57,013 nucleotides of DNA from a virus (Duplodnaviria > Caudoviricetes). A program made the translations under genes and the position numbers. Positions within the stretch are counted from its first letter, which is position 1, and every line of letters begins with the position of its first letter. The notes under the pieces were generated by a model. It was given only the letters and a program-made list of their open reading frames with translations, was not told the origin of the DNA and made no database searches. This document shows positions 34,366 to 44,580 of the stretch, one piece after another. The stretch covers positions 1 to 57,013 of the IMG/VR virus record IMGVR_UViG_3300021425_000044; one strand, 5' to 3'.

Positions 34366-34635
34366 TTACCTAGTAGACATTATATAGGTTAAATAGAGGA
34401 ATCCCTCCATCATTACGATTAAATCATGGAGTTCCTGGGAAGATAGATCCTTCCAGGAACCAGAGAACTCCTCGGGCACTCCTGGTAACCACCGAGCTAG
34501 TTGGTATCGCTCTTCCCTCGATAGCTTGAGATCGTCCTTTAGTGCCATGGCCTTTTTAAAGCGCCTCTGCCAAGTAGCGTCGTACGCCTTCTGTTCTTCT
34601 TCCTGGGTTAGCTCTCTCTTTATAACTTTACGCAT
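34366..34635 (-). CDS. Hypothetical protein
   Basis: GGAGG RBS before ATG 34635. Confidence 0.7.
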   Translation of the reverse strand: MRKVIKRELTQEEEQKAYDATWQRRFKKAMALKDDLKLSREERYQLARWLPGVPEEFSGSWKDLSSQELHDLIVMMEGFLYLTYIMSTR

Positions 34636-35533
34636 TGTCTGCCCCTCCATTCCAGCAGTAATCTTTGTATGTACAGAACCGGCATTGTTTAGACTTCATA
34701 AAACCTTCGGGTATAGGGGGTGCAACCTTATCCTCAATCGAGTCGAGGACGGCTGTAGCCCCGTCAAGCATCGGCTGAACAACGTCTTTATCTAGGGTAA
34801 CGTGGAACTCTTTAACGTCCTGGCTCGCCTTGAACTCATAGATAACGATACCCTTTTCCAAACCTAAGCAGTACATATACAAGTAGAGTTGGCGTAAGTG
34901 GGGCGCAAACGGACGCTTGATAGCTTTCCATAAATCATCCAACTTCATCTCACCACTCTCATAGCCTGCGTACAAACCAGGAGCATCCCACCTAATAGTA
35001 CCGAGGCCGATGGACTTAATCTCTACCAGGGCATCGCCCTGGTCGTCTTTAATCCAACCATCGGTGTTACCAATGATGTGATGTTTGCGGTTGTAGATAC
35101 TGACCTCAAGGTACTTGAACTTGTCCTCAGCACGGCACTCGGGACAGGTCGTCGGTGATTGAGCCGTGAACTTATGCCCACAGGACTCACACTTCCAGTC
35201 TCCCCATAGAATCCCTGCACGACGCATCCACTCTTGCCACTTGTCATGGATATCGTGCCCCGTACGAAAGATGTTCATACGCTTGAGGCTCACAGATGAA
35301 GGGTTAGACTCAGGAGCTTCTGTGATCTTGAAGTAAGTACTTCGGGGGCACCAGTCGGTCTTAGCGAGATCGCTGGGGTGTAGGTGTGCCGTATCACGAC
35401 TGGCGTTACGGTCCTCCATCTCATCCAGCATAACGTTCTCAACGACAGGTATAATCCTCTGGTTACCTTTGGATGAGAATCGCTTTTTGTAGCTCTCTAC
35501 CTTGTGCCAGTTCTTTAGGGGATCGTTACTCAT
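34628..35533 (-). CDS. Cas4-like PD-(D/E)xK exonuclease
   Basis: HPSD...CPR, G..IH, GNTDG, EIKS, QLYLY, C-terminal C..C.Y...C. Confidence 0.88.
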   Translation of the reverse strand: MSNDPLKNWHKVESYKKRFSSKGNQRIIPVVENVMLDEMEDRNASRDTAHLHPSDLAKTDWCPRSTYFKITEAPESNPSSVSLKRMNIFRTGHDIHDKWQEWMRRAGILWGDWKCESCGHKFTAQSPTTCPECRAEDKFKYLEVSIYNRKHHIIGNTDGWIKDDQGDALVEIKSIGLGTIRWDAPGLYAGYESGEMKLDDLWKAIKRPFAPHLRQLYLYMYCLGLEKGIVIYEFKASQDVKEFHVTLDKDVVQPMLDGATAVLDSIEDKVAPPIPEGFMKSKQCRFCTYKDYCWNGGADNA

Positions 35534-35856
35534 TCTGTCTCCTCCGTACCTATCAGGTCTAGAAAGTCGTCCTCTGGCATTGTCACGTAGCTATGGGAGC
35601 CGAACTCAAAAACGTAGAGAGGAAGGCGACCTTCCTTGTAAGCCCTTTTGGAGAGGTCCCTGAGATCCGAATGACGTATAGTACAGGTCTTAGCGTCGTC
35701 TTTCATCTTAGTCTTGGCCTCCACCATGTACTCATCAGTACGAACGTCGGCTTTGCGGACCCACCCTGCGCCTGACATGGCATTCACGGAGCCTCCCAGG
35801 GTCTTTGCAAGACGCTTCTCCTGCTTCTGGCTCTTTATCTGCTCAGGACTTGGCAT
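35530..35856 (-). CDS. Hjc-like PD-(D/E)xK nuclease
   Basis: QEKRLAK.LGG....SGAGW..KADV.....EAK. Confidence 0.8.
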   Translation of the reverse strand: MPSPEQIKSQKQEKRLAKTLGGSVNAMSGAGWVRKADVRTDEYMVEAKTKMKDDAKTCTIRHSDLRDLSKRAYKEGRLPLYVFEFGSHSYVTMPEDDFLDLIGTEETE

Positions 35857-36487
35857 CGTTGCCCCCTGTACGTACTGCGCTGCGGAGGGTTATCCATAGG
35901 GCGGCGAACTCTTCTTTGGCTTCGTGGGGGGCTAGTTTGCCAACACCATCAACGGTGCGGCGAGCTTTCTCTTCTTGCTCATATACGAACAAGTCAGCAC
36001 GCCGTACTAGATCCCAACGACGAGTCCAAGCGTGACGCAGATTGATGCTCTCTGCGATGTGCCATTCCACAATGGCGACCATCATATCCCTCTCAATATC
36101 CTCGTAATCTACTCCCCCAATCGTAACGAGGTGCTTCCAGGGACGAGGGATGTCCAGGAGGTACGCTTCTGTGGCGTCGTGGATGAGTCCAAGCAACTGA
36201 ACGTCGGGGGGAGCGCCCCAGTCTTTCAATGTCTCAGACACCCGTACCGAGTGCTCTGCCACTGAGTAGAACTTGCTAAGGTGACCAGAAAACCGGCTGA
36301 GGTTAGACAGGGCAGTGGAGATATCAGTCATGTTGAAGATCCATGTATCGGGGTCTGAAACATCAAAGTTTATCCCAGTCTGGGTACGGATGTGGCTACC
36401 TTCCTTGGGGGCGACTACAGGAGGGGGTTGATGTAGATCGAACTGCCGTTGTCCTTGTTCTGTTCGTTCGATGATTGTCTTATCCAT
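35843..36487 (-). CDS. HD-domain phosphohydrolase (YfdR-like deoxynucleotidase)
   Basis: RFSGH...YSVAEHS...LIHDATEAYLLDIPRPWK...ADL; GGAGG RBS before ATG 36487. Confidence 0.88.
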   Translation of the reverse strand: MDKTIIERTEQGQRQFDLHQPPPVVAPKEGSHIRTQTGINFDVSDPDTWIFNMTDISTALSNLSRFSGHLSKFYSVAEHSVRVSETLKDWGAPPDVQLLGLIHDATEAYLLDIPRPWKHLVTIGGVDYEDIERDMMVAIVEWHIAESINLRHAWTRRWDLVRRADLFVYEQEEKARRTVDGVGKLAPHEAKEEFAALWITLRSAVRTGGNDAKS

Positions 36488-36522
36488 GATGTACTCCTCC
36501 TTTAAGTGGTGAGGACATCTTA

Positions 36523-37623
36523 TCAAGCGGATTGATCAACGTCAACCTCCTCTAAGGACTGCTCTGAGTCCTCTTCTGACAAATCAAAGTTGCGGAAGGT
36601 ATCAACGTTCTTAGACAGGATCTTCATAGCAGCTTCCTTGATACGAGAACAAAGTGCCTCATCCTCAGCTACTGCAACGTATAGGTCGTCTTTGGACTTA
36701 CCGATACGCTCCCCCTCAAACTTGTAACGTCCCTCAAATAGTTCAAGAGCCAGGGCCACAGTAACAACGTCTTTCGCTAGGTCGAACTGACCCAGGCCGA
36801 ACCCTGACTTACTGTCTGCGAAGTAGAAGTCGACCTCTGCTGTCTGCTGGGGGCGATACGTCTTGTTCTTAAAACAACGCATCTTGATGGTCTGGCCGAC
36901 ACGAGACTCGATAGACGAGGCATCCTTGAGCCACTCGTCTCGACGTACCTCGATACGGATGAAGTAAAAGTAGTTCTTAGCCTTACCGCCTGGAGTGGTG
37001 CGGGGGTCGCCAAACATAACGCCAATACTGTCTCGCCATTGGTTAATGGCGATCAGAGTACAATCACGTTCTCCCTCAGAGCGACGTTGTGCAGCAGCGC
37101 ACTTGCGGAAGAACTTACCCAGGAGACGGGCACCTACGGCCATACCTGCCTGGTCCATGGACTTCTCAACCTCATCACTAGGTACGAGGGCCGGGATCGA
37201 GTCGATGACGACCATATCAACTGCATGGTTCTCGACGGACTTGAGCACCAGCTCCAGGGCTGTCTCCATCTCGTTAGTCTCGACCACCCATAACCTATCG
37301 ATATCGATACCAAACGATGCCGCATAGTCAGGGACGTACTCCTCAGCAGCTACCCAGAGGGCGAGGAACTCAGGATCTTCTCGCATGTTATGGGCAATAG
37401 TCTGGTATGCGATAGCCGTCTTGCCCGACGACTCATTACCTACAATCTCGTTCCACTGGTTAGCGGCGAACCCTCCACCCATAGCCAGGTCGTAGTCCAG
37501 AATGCCAGTGCTAAGGTGTGGTACATCCTGCCGAGCCGTACTGCCCCGCATAAGGACTCCAGCCCCCAGCTTCTTGTTCACGTCTGCTGCTAGTTCATCA
37601 ATAGTCTTAAAGTTATCGCTCAT
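36523..37623 (-). CDS. recA: RecA recombinase
   Basis: GNESSGKT, VIDSIPALVP, INQWR..IG.MFGDP.TTPGG.A. Confidence 0.93.
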   Translation of the reverse strand: MSDNFKTIDELAADVNKKLGAGVLMRGSTARQDVPHLSTGILDYDLAMGGGFAANQWNEIVGNESSGKTAIAYQTIAHNMREDPEFLALWVAAEEYVPDYAASFGIDIDRLWVVETNEMETALELVLKSVENHAVDMVVIDSIPALVPSDEVEKSMDQAGMAVGARLLGKFFRKCAAAQRRSEGERDCTLIAINQWRDSIGVMFGDPRTTPGGKAKNYFYFIRIEVRRDEWLKDASSIESRVGQTIKMRCFKNKTYRPQQTAEVDFYFADSKSGFGLGQFDLAKDVVTVALALELFEGRYKFEGERIGKSKDDLYVAVAEDEALCSRIKEAAMKILSKNVDTFRNFDLSEEDSEQSLEEVDVDQSA

Positions 37624-37683
37624 ATTGTGCTTCCTTCGTTGTCATTCATATGTTCACACCACCGGACGGTAGCATGTTGAGGG

Positions 37684-38112
37684 TCACGACCAGTTTGCTT
37701 GGTCACCCTGTTGGTAAGCGCCGTTATAACCGCACTCAAAACAGTGAGAGCGGGGGGCGTGACCCGCTACACGGGAGCTACCACCGGAGTAGTTAGTGTA
37801 CCCCGTAAGGCTCCCACACTCGGGACAGCTAAGACCTCCCTCTCTCCTATGGGCTTCCCCACCCTCCCATAGACGGAGAGCTTCACCCATGCTGACCTGC
37901 TCACTATCATGCCTATTGGGGTCAAGTACCTTCTGGCGACCGGGAGCGGCCTGGGGAGATGGGGTTTGTTGAGGAGTAGGTTGGGGCTGCACAGGCTCAG
38001 GTTGGGACCGTACAGGCTCAGGAACGCTCTGAGGCCTCTCTCGTACCGTGATACCAAACTGAGGCTGAGGCTTATCACTTCCTAGCTTCTTGGCCCACCA
38101 ATCATTCGCCAT
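37684..38112 (-). CDS. Hypothetical protein with C-terminal zinc ribbon
   Basis: CPECGS...CFECGY; GAAAGG RBS before ATG 38112. Confidence 0.75.
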   Translation of the reverse strand: MANDWWAKKLGSDKPQPQFGITVRERPQSVPEPVRSQPEPVQPQPTPQQTPSPQAAPGRQKVLDPNRHDSEQVSMGEALRLWEGGEAHRREGGLSCPECGSLTGYTNYSGGSSRVAGHAPRSHCFECGYNGAYQQGDQANWS

Positions 38113-38584
38113 CTTTCTTTCCTTTCTGTGTAATGGTCTGTTCCAGTTTATCAATAATATGACGCTCGTCGCTACTTAGCGCACCGACATCCATGAGGAC
38201 ATCAGGGATATCGGGGTCATCGACCCAATCGACTACGCCAGAATCGATAAGCTCGTACAGTACAGCACCTACGAAAGAGATAAGCTCACTGTGCCGTTCA
38301 TCGAGAGCCTCCCTAGAGAGGCGGTGAGTGGGGTCCATGAGACGTGCCATCCACCACGATAGGTCCATGATATCATCGATACCACCTGACCTCGACAACT
38401 TGAGCCAGTGTTGTACAGAGTCCCGTATTTCGTACGCTACTCCATCGTCGGCGGGGCTTAGGTATCCCATAGCCTCAGCAATCTCTGCACCACGTCCAGC
38501 GGGGTTGAGGTTCATGTAGAACCTACGTTGCCGGATAGCTAGTTCAGCGGATTCACCATCGTACTTATAATTATCTTTGGACAT
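38102..38584 (-). CDS. Hypothetical protein
   Basis: AGGAG RBS; operon context. Confidence 0.75.
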   Translation of the reverse strand: MSKDNYKYDGESAELAIRQRRFYMNLNPAGRGAEIAEAMGYLSPADDGVAYEIRDSVQHWLKLSRSGGIDDIMDLSWWMARLMDPTHRLSREALDERHSELISFVGAVLYELIDSGVVDWVDDPDIPDVLMDVGALSSDERHIIDKLEQTITQKGKKDGE

Positions 38585-38593
38585 AATGTCTCC

Positions 38594-40765
38594 TCATTTG
38601 GCTTCGGCCCAGGATAGGGCATGACCTGCTTCGACTTCCAAAGGAACACCCATGAGAGTGCGCCCGTTACCCATAGCTGTCTCGATACGAGGCTTCCAGT
38701 CGAAAACCTCATCACTCGGTACAGATACTACCACCTCATCGTGGACTTGTACAAGCATACGATGAGTAGGAAAGGGCAGTATACCATCGATATTGACAAT
38801 TGCCTCTTTCATAATCTCAGCAGCAGTACCTTGTACTACAGCGTTGATCGCCTGACGTTCTGCCCTTGAACGCTTACGCCAGGAGTCGGAGTCATTACCT
38901 TCTGTAAGGATGTCTGGAACCCTACGTCGTCGTCCATATAGGGTCTCGACGTACCCCTTAGAGCGAGCAGTGTCCAGTACGTTACGTTTCCAGTCAGTCA
39001 TCCCGGCATACGCCGAGTTGTACTTATCGATGACTTCCTGTGCCTGCTCCTCTGTGAGATGACCCTGCGTAGACTCCACCAACTTCTTTGCAAAGCCTCC
39101 ATATCCCATAAGGAAGTTCGGGGTCTTTCCAAATATCTGTCGCTCCTCTCCTGATACCTCGTCCTTACCCAGGATCAGCTTGGCTGTCTCCTCGTGAAGG
39201 TCGATATCAGGGTTGGCAAAGATACGTAGAAGCTCCTGGTCCTGGCTGAACATACCCATGATACGCATTTCGATCTGCGAGTAGTCAGCCACGATAAGGG
39301 TCTCTCCCTCTCCTGCGGTAAACAGGGAGCGAATCTTCGTATCACGAGGGATGTTCTGTAGGTTCGGCCCGCTAGACGCGAATCGACCTGTGGCCGTGCG
39401 ATGGAAGTGGAACTGGGGATGCAGTCTGCTCTTGTGGAGCATGGGTGTCAGCCCCTCAACGTACGTAGACTTGAGTTTCTTAAGCTCAGAGTAGTCAATG
39501 AGATGCTGGATCACCTCGTGCTTACCCTTGAGCTTACCCAGGGTGTCTCTGTCTGTTGAGGGCTTGCCCCCGGCTGTCAGCTTGACAGGCTTAAGACCTA
39601 GCCCCTTGATATAGTCAGACGGATACCCCTTACCTATACGAGTTTTGTTGAATAGTAGAGTAGCCAGATCGTTGTTGGAGTCAGGGTTGAAACCAGGGAA
39701 CGAGTGGAAGCTAATCTCTCGCAAGCATTTATTGATATCCATATCCAAATCCTTACCCACATTGGTCATCCTGCGGGTATTGACGTGGATGCCGTTCATC
39801 TCCATCTGTGCGACAGGGCGGATACAGTCAATGTCGAGCATGAGAGCCTTATGGAGACCCTCTACTTTGCAAATCTTGTTGTACATCTTGCGGTACAGAA
39901 GCCATGCCCAGCGAACATCTCTATGCACATACGCCGTCGCCTTACTGAACGCCTCTGACGTGATGGTTGCACCGATCTTACCGTCTGCTGCATAGGGGTC
40001 GTGCCCTGCGAAGTTCTCTTTGATGATGCTGCCGAGGTCGTACCTCATCAGGTTCTCATCGAGAATATGCATAAGGATAAGGGTATCGATATACCTACCA
40101 GTAGGAAGTTGACCTCCGTAATACTTGGCGATGCTCTTGCAGTCGAACTTGATGTTCTGGTTAACCTTGACAATGTTCTCGTCAAAGAACAGAGGCTCAA
40201 GAGCTTTGAACACTGTCTCCTGGTCTAGCTGAGTCGGGGGAGGTGTGAATACCGCTGGGATATGGTACTTCGACTTCCGTAATGATTCCTTACCTGAGGA
40301 GAGGATGTCTCTGTAACCAGGGGGCGGGACGGTGCTACCATCTCCCCTGACCTCCTCAACGAGGATCTCACCGTTAGGGTGCCCCATGGGGACTGCCCAT
40401 GACATACCCTCGGTAGCCAGACCGATCCAGAATACGTCGTTACGTAAAGGATCGAGAGCCATGTTACTCGTCCAACGGTCCTCGATAGCCTGACGGCTGC
40501 GGGCGATAACGCTGGGGTGAGTGGACTTGAGGGAGGCTTGCTTCTCCTCCCAATCTTGCTCTACCTGAGCAAGGACCTCGCTGTTCTTGTGGATGTTCCC
40601 ACGAGTCTCAACGTCGAAGGAGAACTCTCCTACGCCTTTTATGTACTCAACAAGTTCTTCTAGTTCCTCGACAGTAGAGACGTAGGGGGCACGGACGAGA
40701 CCACCACTCGCCCGTACCCCCCTTGCCTGCCGTGACCCGTCAAGACTAGGGGTCACGGCCCCCAT
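38594..40765 (-). CDS. polA: Family A DNA polymerase (3'-5' exonuclease + polymerase)
   Basis: FDVET, TGRFASSGPNLQNIP, DYSQIEMR, K..NF...YG, QGTAA, VHDE. Confidence 0.95.
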   Translation of the reverse strand: MGAVTPSLDGSRQARGVRASGGLVRAPYVSTVEELEELVEYIKGVGEFSFDVETRGNIHKNSEVLAQVEQDWEEKQASLKSTHPSVIARSRQAIEDRWTSNMALDPLRNDVFWIGLATEGMSWAVPMGHPNGEILVEEVRGDGSTVPPPGYRDILSSGKESLRKSKYHIPAVFTPPPTQLDQETVFKALEPLFFDENIVKVNQNIKFDCKSIAKYYGGQLPTGRYIDTLILMHILDENLMRYDLGSIIKENFAGHDPYAADGKIGATITSEAFSKATAYVHRDVRWAWLLYRKMYNKICKVEGLHKALMLDIDCIRPVAQMEMNGIHVNTRRMTNVGKDLDMDINKCLREISFHSFPGFNPDSNNDLATLLFNKTRIGKGYPSDYIKGLGLKPVKLTAGGKPSTDRDTLGKLKGKHEVIQHLIDYSELKKLKSTYVEGLTPMLHKSRLHPQFHFHRTATGRFASSGPNLQNIPRDTKIRSLFTAGEGETLIVADYSQIEMRIMGMFSQDQELLRIFANPDIDLHEETAKLILGKDEVSGEERQIFGKTPNFLMGYGGFAKKLVESTQGHLTEEQAQEVIDKYNSAYAGMTDWKRNVLDTARSKGYVETLYGRRRRVPDILTEGNDSDSWRKRSRAERQAINAVVQGTAAEIMKEAIVNIDGILPFPTHRMLVQVHDEVVVSVPSDEVFDWKPRIETAMGNGRTLMGVPLEVEAGHALSWAEAK

Positions 40766-41460
40766 CAGGCCCCCAAATCCTCGCTGGCGATCGTCGCCAG
40801 GGTCTTTCGGGAGGGGATGGGAATGATGCTCTCGTCGTACATCTTGAGGCGAAGTTCCTCAAGTGATGTGTCGTTGAGAGGTTCAATCAACGGCCACTCT
40901 TCCGCAAGATCACGCTCACGCACCATCTGGTGTGCTCGCTGGGAAGTTGGACCTGAACCCGTACGGGAGATTGCCCAGTAGTGCTTACTGAGGGGACCCT
41001 GAGTCGGATGATTGTGGAAGTTCTTGAGTGAATCGATGTCACGAGGACCAACCTCATAACTACGAAGCAACGGACCATCCTCAGTCATCAGAGCTACGTT
41101 GAACGCAAACCGTGCGCTCGGACGGTGGCCCGCTGCACACAGCGGGCAACCTTGCTCATGTACTCCATCGATGCAGGTAAAGGACTTTTGCCCCTGACGC
41201 TCGTTGATCCAGTGCTGACGATAGTGAGCATAGGGATCATCCTGCAAGAAGCGTACAAGGACGGGATCTGCCGTAACCTTAACACGCTGTGCGTATGGAC
41301 TGTCCTGCTGCTTAACGGTATCAACACTGCCCCAGCCTCCACGGAATACCTTGCGGGCGCTCTGCTTAGCTGCAATGTCTTCGGATGAAGCAGACCCATC
41401 GTCAGTACTACCCGTACTGCCTGCGGTGTCCGCCACTACTACGTCGTCAAAACGACCCAT
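40765..41460 (-). CDS. ssDNA-binding protein (gp32-like)
   Basis: VRFL..., YRQHW...SFTC......CPLC...FNV; location next to the polymerase. Confidence 0.7.
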   Translation of the reverse strand: MGRFDDVVVADTAGSTGSTDDGSASSEDIAAKQSARKVFRGGWGSVDTVKQQDSPYAQRVKVTADPVLVRFLQDDPYAHYRQHWINERQGQKSFTCIDGVHEQGCPLCAAGHRPSARFAFNVALMTEDGPLLRSYEVGPRDIDSLKNFHNHPTQGPLSKHYWAISRTGSGPTSQRAHQMVRERDLAEEWPLIEPLNDTSLEELRLKMYDESIIPIPSRKTLATIASEDLGA

Positions 41461-41500
41461 CTTGTTACCTTCTTTCTTTGTCATTATCGCTGATATTTGG

Positions 41501-42004
41501 TTAACGCTTGGGATAATAGCGCTTTATGTATGTCCTAAACCCCGGCCAATTGGCCTTTGAGGGGGTCAGGATGTATGAGTTGTACGCCTTAACCAGAAAC
41601 ATAACCTGCTCCTGGCTATAAAGCCGCTTGCCCTGTACTGCTTTACCGGGCACTTGCTCACCCCTGGGCTTTGACGTACGGTAGGTGGCCTTTGGAAGCC
41701 ACCCCTTTGACTCCCACGAGCGGATGGTAACGGGCTTGTTACCGAGAGCCTCAGACAGCGCACCAATGGTGTACATCTTCTTGGTCTCTCGTTCCTTGCC
41801 CACTACCATCTTCTTGTAGGGTAAAGACCCTAACACAGAAGACACCTCTTTGTCAAGAGTCTCCTGACTATTCCTGGGAGGGGTATTACCTGGGAAGGAG
41901 GGTGCCGGTGTGGGATCTTGTTTAAGTGACTCCCCGTCTGGCATCTCAAACCCAGGCTCGCTTGCAGCGAGTTTGTAGAATCTATCGAGGGCAGGGTCTT
42001 TCAT
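41501..42004 (-). CDS. MerR-like helix-turn-helix protein
   Basis: YTIGALSEALG..PVTIRSWESKGWLP...RLYS. Confidence 0.8.
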   Translation of the reverse strand: MKDPALDRFYKLAASEPGFEMPDGESLKQDPTPAPSFPGNTPPRNSQETLDKEVSSVLGSLPYKKMVVGKERETKKMYTIGALSEALGNKPVTIRSWESKGWLPKATYRTSKPRGEQVPGKAVQGKRLYSQEQVMFLVKAYNSYILTPSKANWPGFRTYIKRYYPKR

Positions 42005-42192
42005 AGCTCTGGCCTCGGCACAGGCAAATTGTTGACAAAGAAGTCAGCCTGTTTTACTGCGCCCCGACGTGTACGGGCCGTGAACTCAAAGAAACTGTTA
42101 AGGCAGGGAACTACCGCTACCCATTTCAGAAAGCCGTCGTGCATTACAGTGTAACGGTCTTCTGGTTCGTGTGTCTCGTCGGATGTGTTCAC
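42001..42192 (-). CDS. Hypothetical protein
   Basis: AGGAG RBS; ATGA coupling. Confidence 0.6.
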   Translation of the reverse strand: MNTSDETHEPEDRYTVMHDGFLKWVAVVPCLNSFFEFTARTRRGAVKQADFFVNNLPVPRPEL

Positions 42193-42254
42193 TTCGGCTC
42201 CTCAACCTGCTCCAATAGATTCTCAGTATACCATGTGATGGTATTGTTTGCAAC

Positions 42255-42674
42255 TTAGTAGTCGTTGTACTTGTCCTCTACGGGCGTTTGGAACGCAAAC
42301 GTAGGCTTAGGGGCAACGTACAACTCCTTGAGCTTGGACTCAAAGTCAGTGTCCTCTCTGTTATCAAAGGCATATGACATGAGTTTATCCTCGTCAAGCA
42401 CTTCGATCGTAGAGGACACCTTGTCCCAGAAGCCCTCTTCCTTGGCCCACTCGGTGGCAGCATCCCTATCAAGGCGGGGTTCCCCCTGCCTACGCTGTAC
42501 CTGGAGTGACCAGGGACCGACCTGCGCCCACGTGTGGCCCACATCGTCTGGCGTGCCCGCATTCTGGACGTAGAGCATGAGTTCATTCTTCTCTTCGGCA
42601 GCCATCTTCTCAAGCACCTTAATGTGGTGCTTATGCTGCACGTAGTCCTCAACCAACTTCTTCAAGTTATCCAT
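42255..42674 (-). CDS. Hypothetical protein (coiled-coil N-terminus)
   Basis: ORF track; AAGG RBS. Confidence 0.75.
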   Translation of the reverse strand: MDNLKKLVEDYVQHKHHIKVLEKMAAEEKNELMLYVQNAGTPDDVGHTWAQVGPWSLQVQRRQGEPRLDRDAATEWAKEEGFWDKVSSTIEVLDEDKLMSYAFDNREDTDFESKLKELYVAPKPTFAFQTPVEDKYNDY

Positions 42675-42981
42675 GTTTAGCCTTTCTAATGCTTACGATA
42701 GGGACGTTCCGATAGAGGACGTTATCAGGAAGGTCCTCACGAGAGAAGCGCGAGTCTGCTGGAAGAGCCTGTCGGTATCGGTTGACAGCACGAGCGGTGT
42801 CCCATATCATAATGTTATGGACACGCCACTGGTTGTCAATGATACGGTTCCACCGACGCATCTTCCAGCGGAGCCAGAACGGGGCGCGGTACTTACGGGG
42901 GTAACCTCCCACAGGCTCTAGGGGCCGGGAGTACGGATGGGGGGCATTATCTAGATGTAGGGTACGGTCAAGTGGGCGCAT
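42667..42981 (-). CDS. Hypothetical basic protein
   Basis: AAGGA RBS; overlap with the next gene. Confidence 0.65.
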   Translation of the reverse strand: MRPLDRTLHLDNAPHPYSRPLEPVGGYPRKYRAPFWLRWKMRRWNRIIDNQWRVHNIMIWDTARAVNRYRQALPADSRFSREDLPDNVLYRNVPIVSIRKAKHG

Positions 42982-43038
42982 TTCTTAGTTCCTTAATAGT
43001 GAGAGTACATATTACACCCTGAGGGTGTAAACACAACG

Positions 43039-44580
43039 TCACACCATAGATTCCTTCATAAATGTACTTAAATTATCCAGCGTGAGAGAGAAACCCTGTT
43101 CCATATCATGGTGCTTACCGTCGATGAACGCTTCGTTAGTCTTCAGCTTCTCCTGAAGCATCTGGTACTGGCGCTCCTCAATACTGCCAGCCATCACAAA
43201 TGTAGCAATGGTGACGTGGGGCCACTGGGACGACAGTCGAATGATGCGTGCCTCCCGCTGCTCTAGCTTACCCGAGGACCAGGGAAGGTCATATGATATA
43301 AGGTAGTTAGCCTGGGGGAGATCGACACCGTACCCTCCCGCATCACTCGATAGAAACAGCCTGGTGTTTGGATCGCTTTGAAACTTGTTCTTGTTATCCT
43401 GCTTCTCGTCTGCCGTCATACCGCCCATGAACAGGACGCTGTTTGTAATCTTACGGGTGGCCTCCTGTATCAGCCTCAGGTTCTCCTTAAAGAACGAGAA
43501 GAGAACGACCTTGTTGTCAGGAGACTCCTCTAGTACCTCTGTTATGTAATCTACCACGGCGTCTAGTTTGGGGGCGGCGGAAACACCGTCCATGATACCG
43601 GCGTTTACGATAGTGTTAGCGTACTCGCTCCCGTGCTTTGTGTCAGGGTTAGCGTACTCGCCAGAGGACCAGCGAACTAGAGCAGGGTTATCGCAAAGCA
43701 TACGCAGGGTAGTAAGCCGGGTCATCACTTCGCCCTGCTCCTCCCCGCCGTCCCCATCGTTGTTATAGTGGTCCCACAGGGAGAATCCACTACCCCCTTT
43801 ACGGAGCGCTTTAGAGAGAGTGTCAACGAGATCTGACTGGATACGTCGATATACCGCTGCACCTTTGGTATCAAAGGGTACTGGTATCACCTGATGGATG
43901 ATATTGGGCAGTTGGTCCGCTATATCCTCGCGTGTCTTCCTGACCATACACTCTTTCATGGTCTTGTGCATCTTGTCGAGGTTCCGATACCGGGCGGGCT
44001 TACCCCAATGGTCACGGACGATGAACGTACGGTCGAACTGCTCAAAGCTACCTAGTACGTCCTTGTCTACGAACTCCATGATACTGAACAGTTCTTCGGG
44101 GCGATTCTCAATAGGCTGTCCGGTAAGAGCGAACCTAAAGGGGACGGTCTTTCCTAGGCGCTTCATCAATTTAGACCTCTTGGCCGACCTGTTCTTGATG
44201 ATCGTGGACTCATCAATGACGATAGCTTGAATCTGTCCTATCAACTTGTAGTCGTTGAGGAGGGTCTCGGGATTGACAATGACATAGCGAGCATCGCCCG
44301 ATGTCCTCCACTGTCGTTCACGCTTCTTCTTAGTACCGTCAATAACCATGGTACGTCCGTTAGTGAACTTCTTGATCTCGTCCCTCCACTGTAGCTTGAG
44401 AGATGCGGGGACGACGATCAGAGCACGGTCGATATCCCCCTCCTCGTACATCTGCTCGATAGCCCCGAGAGTCGTAGGGGTCTTTCCGGCACCCATGGTC
44501 ATAGCGAGCATCATCTGGCCTCTCTCGACCATACGGTCCACAGCATCTTGTTGGTACTTACGCAAACTGCCGATAAACAC
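43039..44580 (-). CDS. SNF2-family helicase
   Basis: LRKYQ, MGAGKT, DES, LTGQPIEN, DAGGYGVDL, QREARIIR. Confidence 0.92.
   Translation of the reverse strand: MFIGSLRKYQQDAVDRMVERGQMMLAMTMGAGKTPTTLGAIEQMYEEGDIDRALIVVPASLKLQWRDEIKKFTNGRTMVIDGTKKKRERQWRTSGDARYVIVNPETLLNDYKLIGQIQAIVIDESTIIKNRSAKRSKLMKRLGKTVPFRFALTGQPIENRPEELFSIMEFVDKDVLGSFEQFDRTFIVRDHWGKPARYRNLDKMHKTMKECMVRKTREDIADQLPNIIHQVIPVPFDTKGAAVYRRIQSDLVDTLSKALRKGGSGFSLWDHYNNDGDGGEEQGEVMTRLTTLRMLCDNPALVRWSSGEYANPDTKHGSEYANTIVNAGIMDGVSAAPKLDAVVDYITEVLEESPDNKVVLFSFFKENLRLIQEATRKITNSVLFMGGMTADEKQDNKNKFQSDPNTRLFLSSDAGGYGVDLPQANYLISYDLPWSSGKLEQREARIIRLSSQWPHVTIATFVMAGSIEERQYQMLQEKLKTNEAFIDGKHHDMEQGFSLTLDNLSTFMKESMV

Noticed and set aside
34628-35533. 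CRISPR-Cas locus
   Set aside because: Solo Cas4-like nuclease in the replication module; no cas1/cas2 or array
30150-36487. Z-genome (2-aminoadenine) pathway
   Set aside because: No PurZ visible in the window; HD and DUF5664 enzymes are common without it
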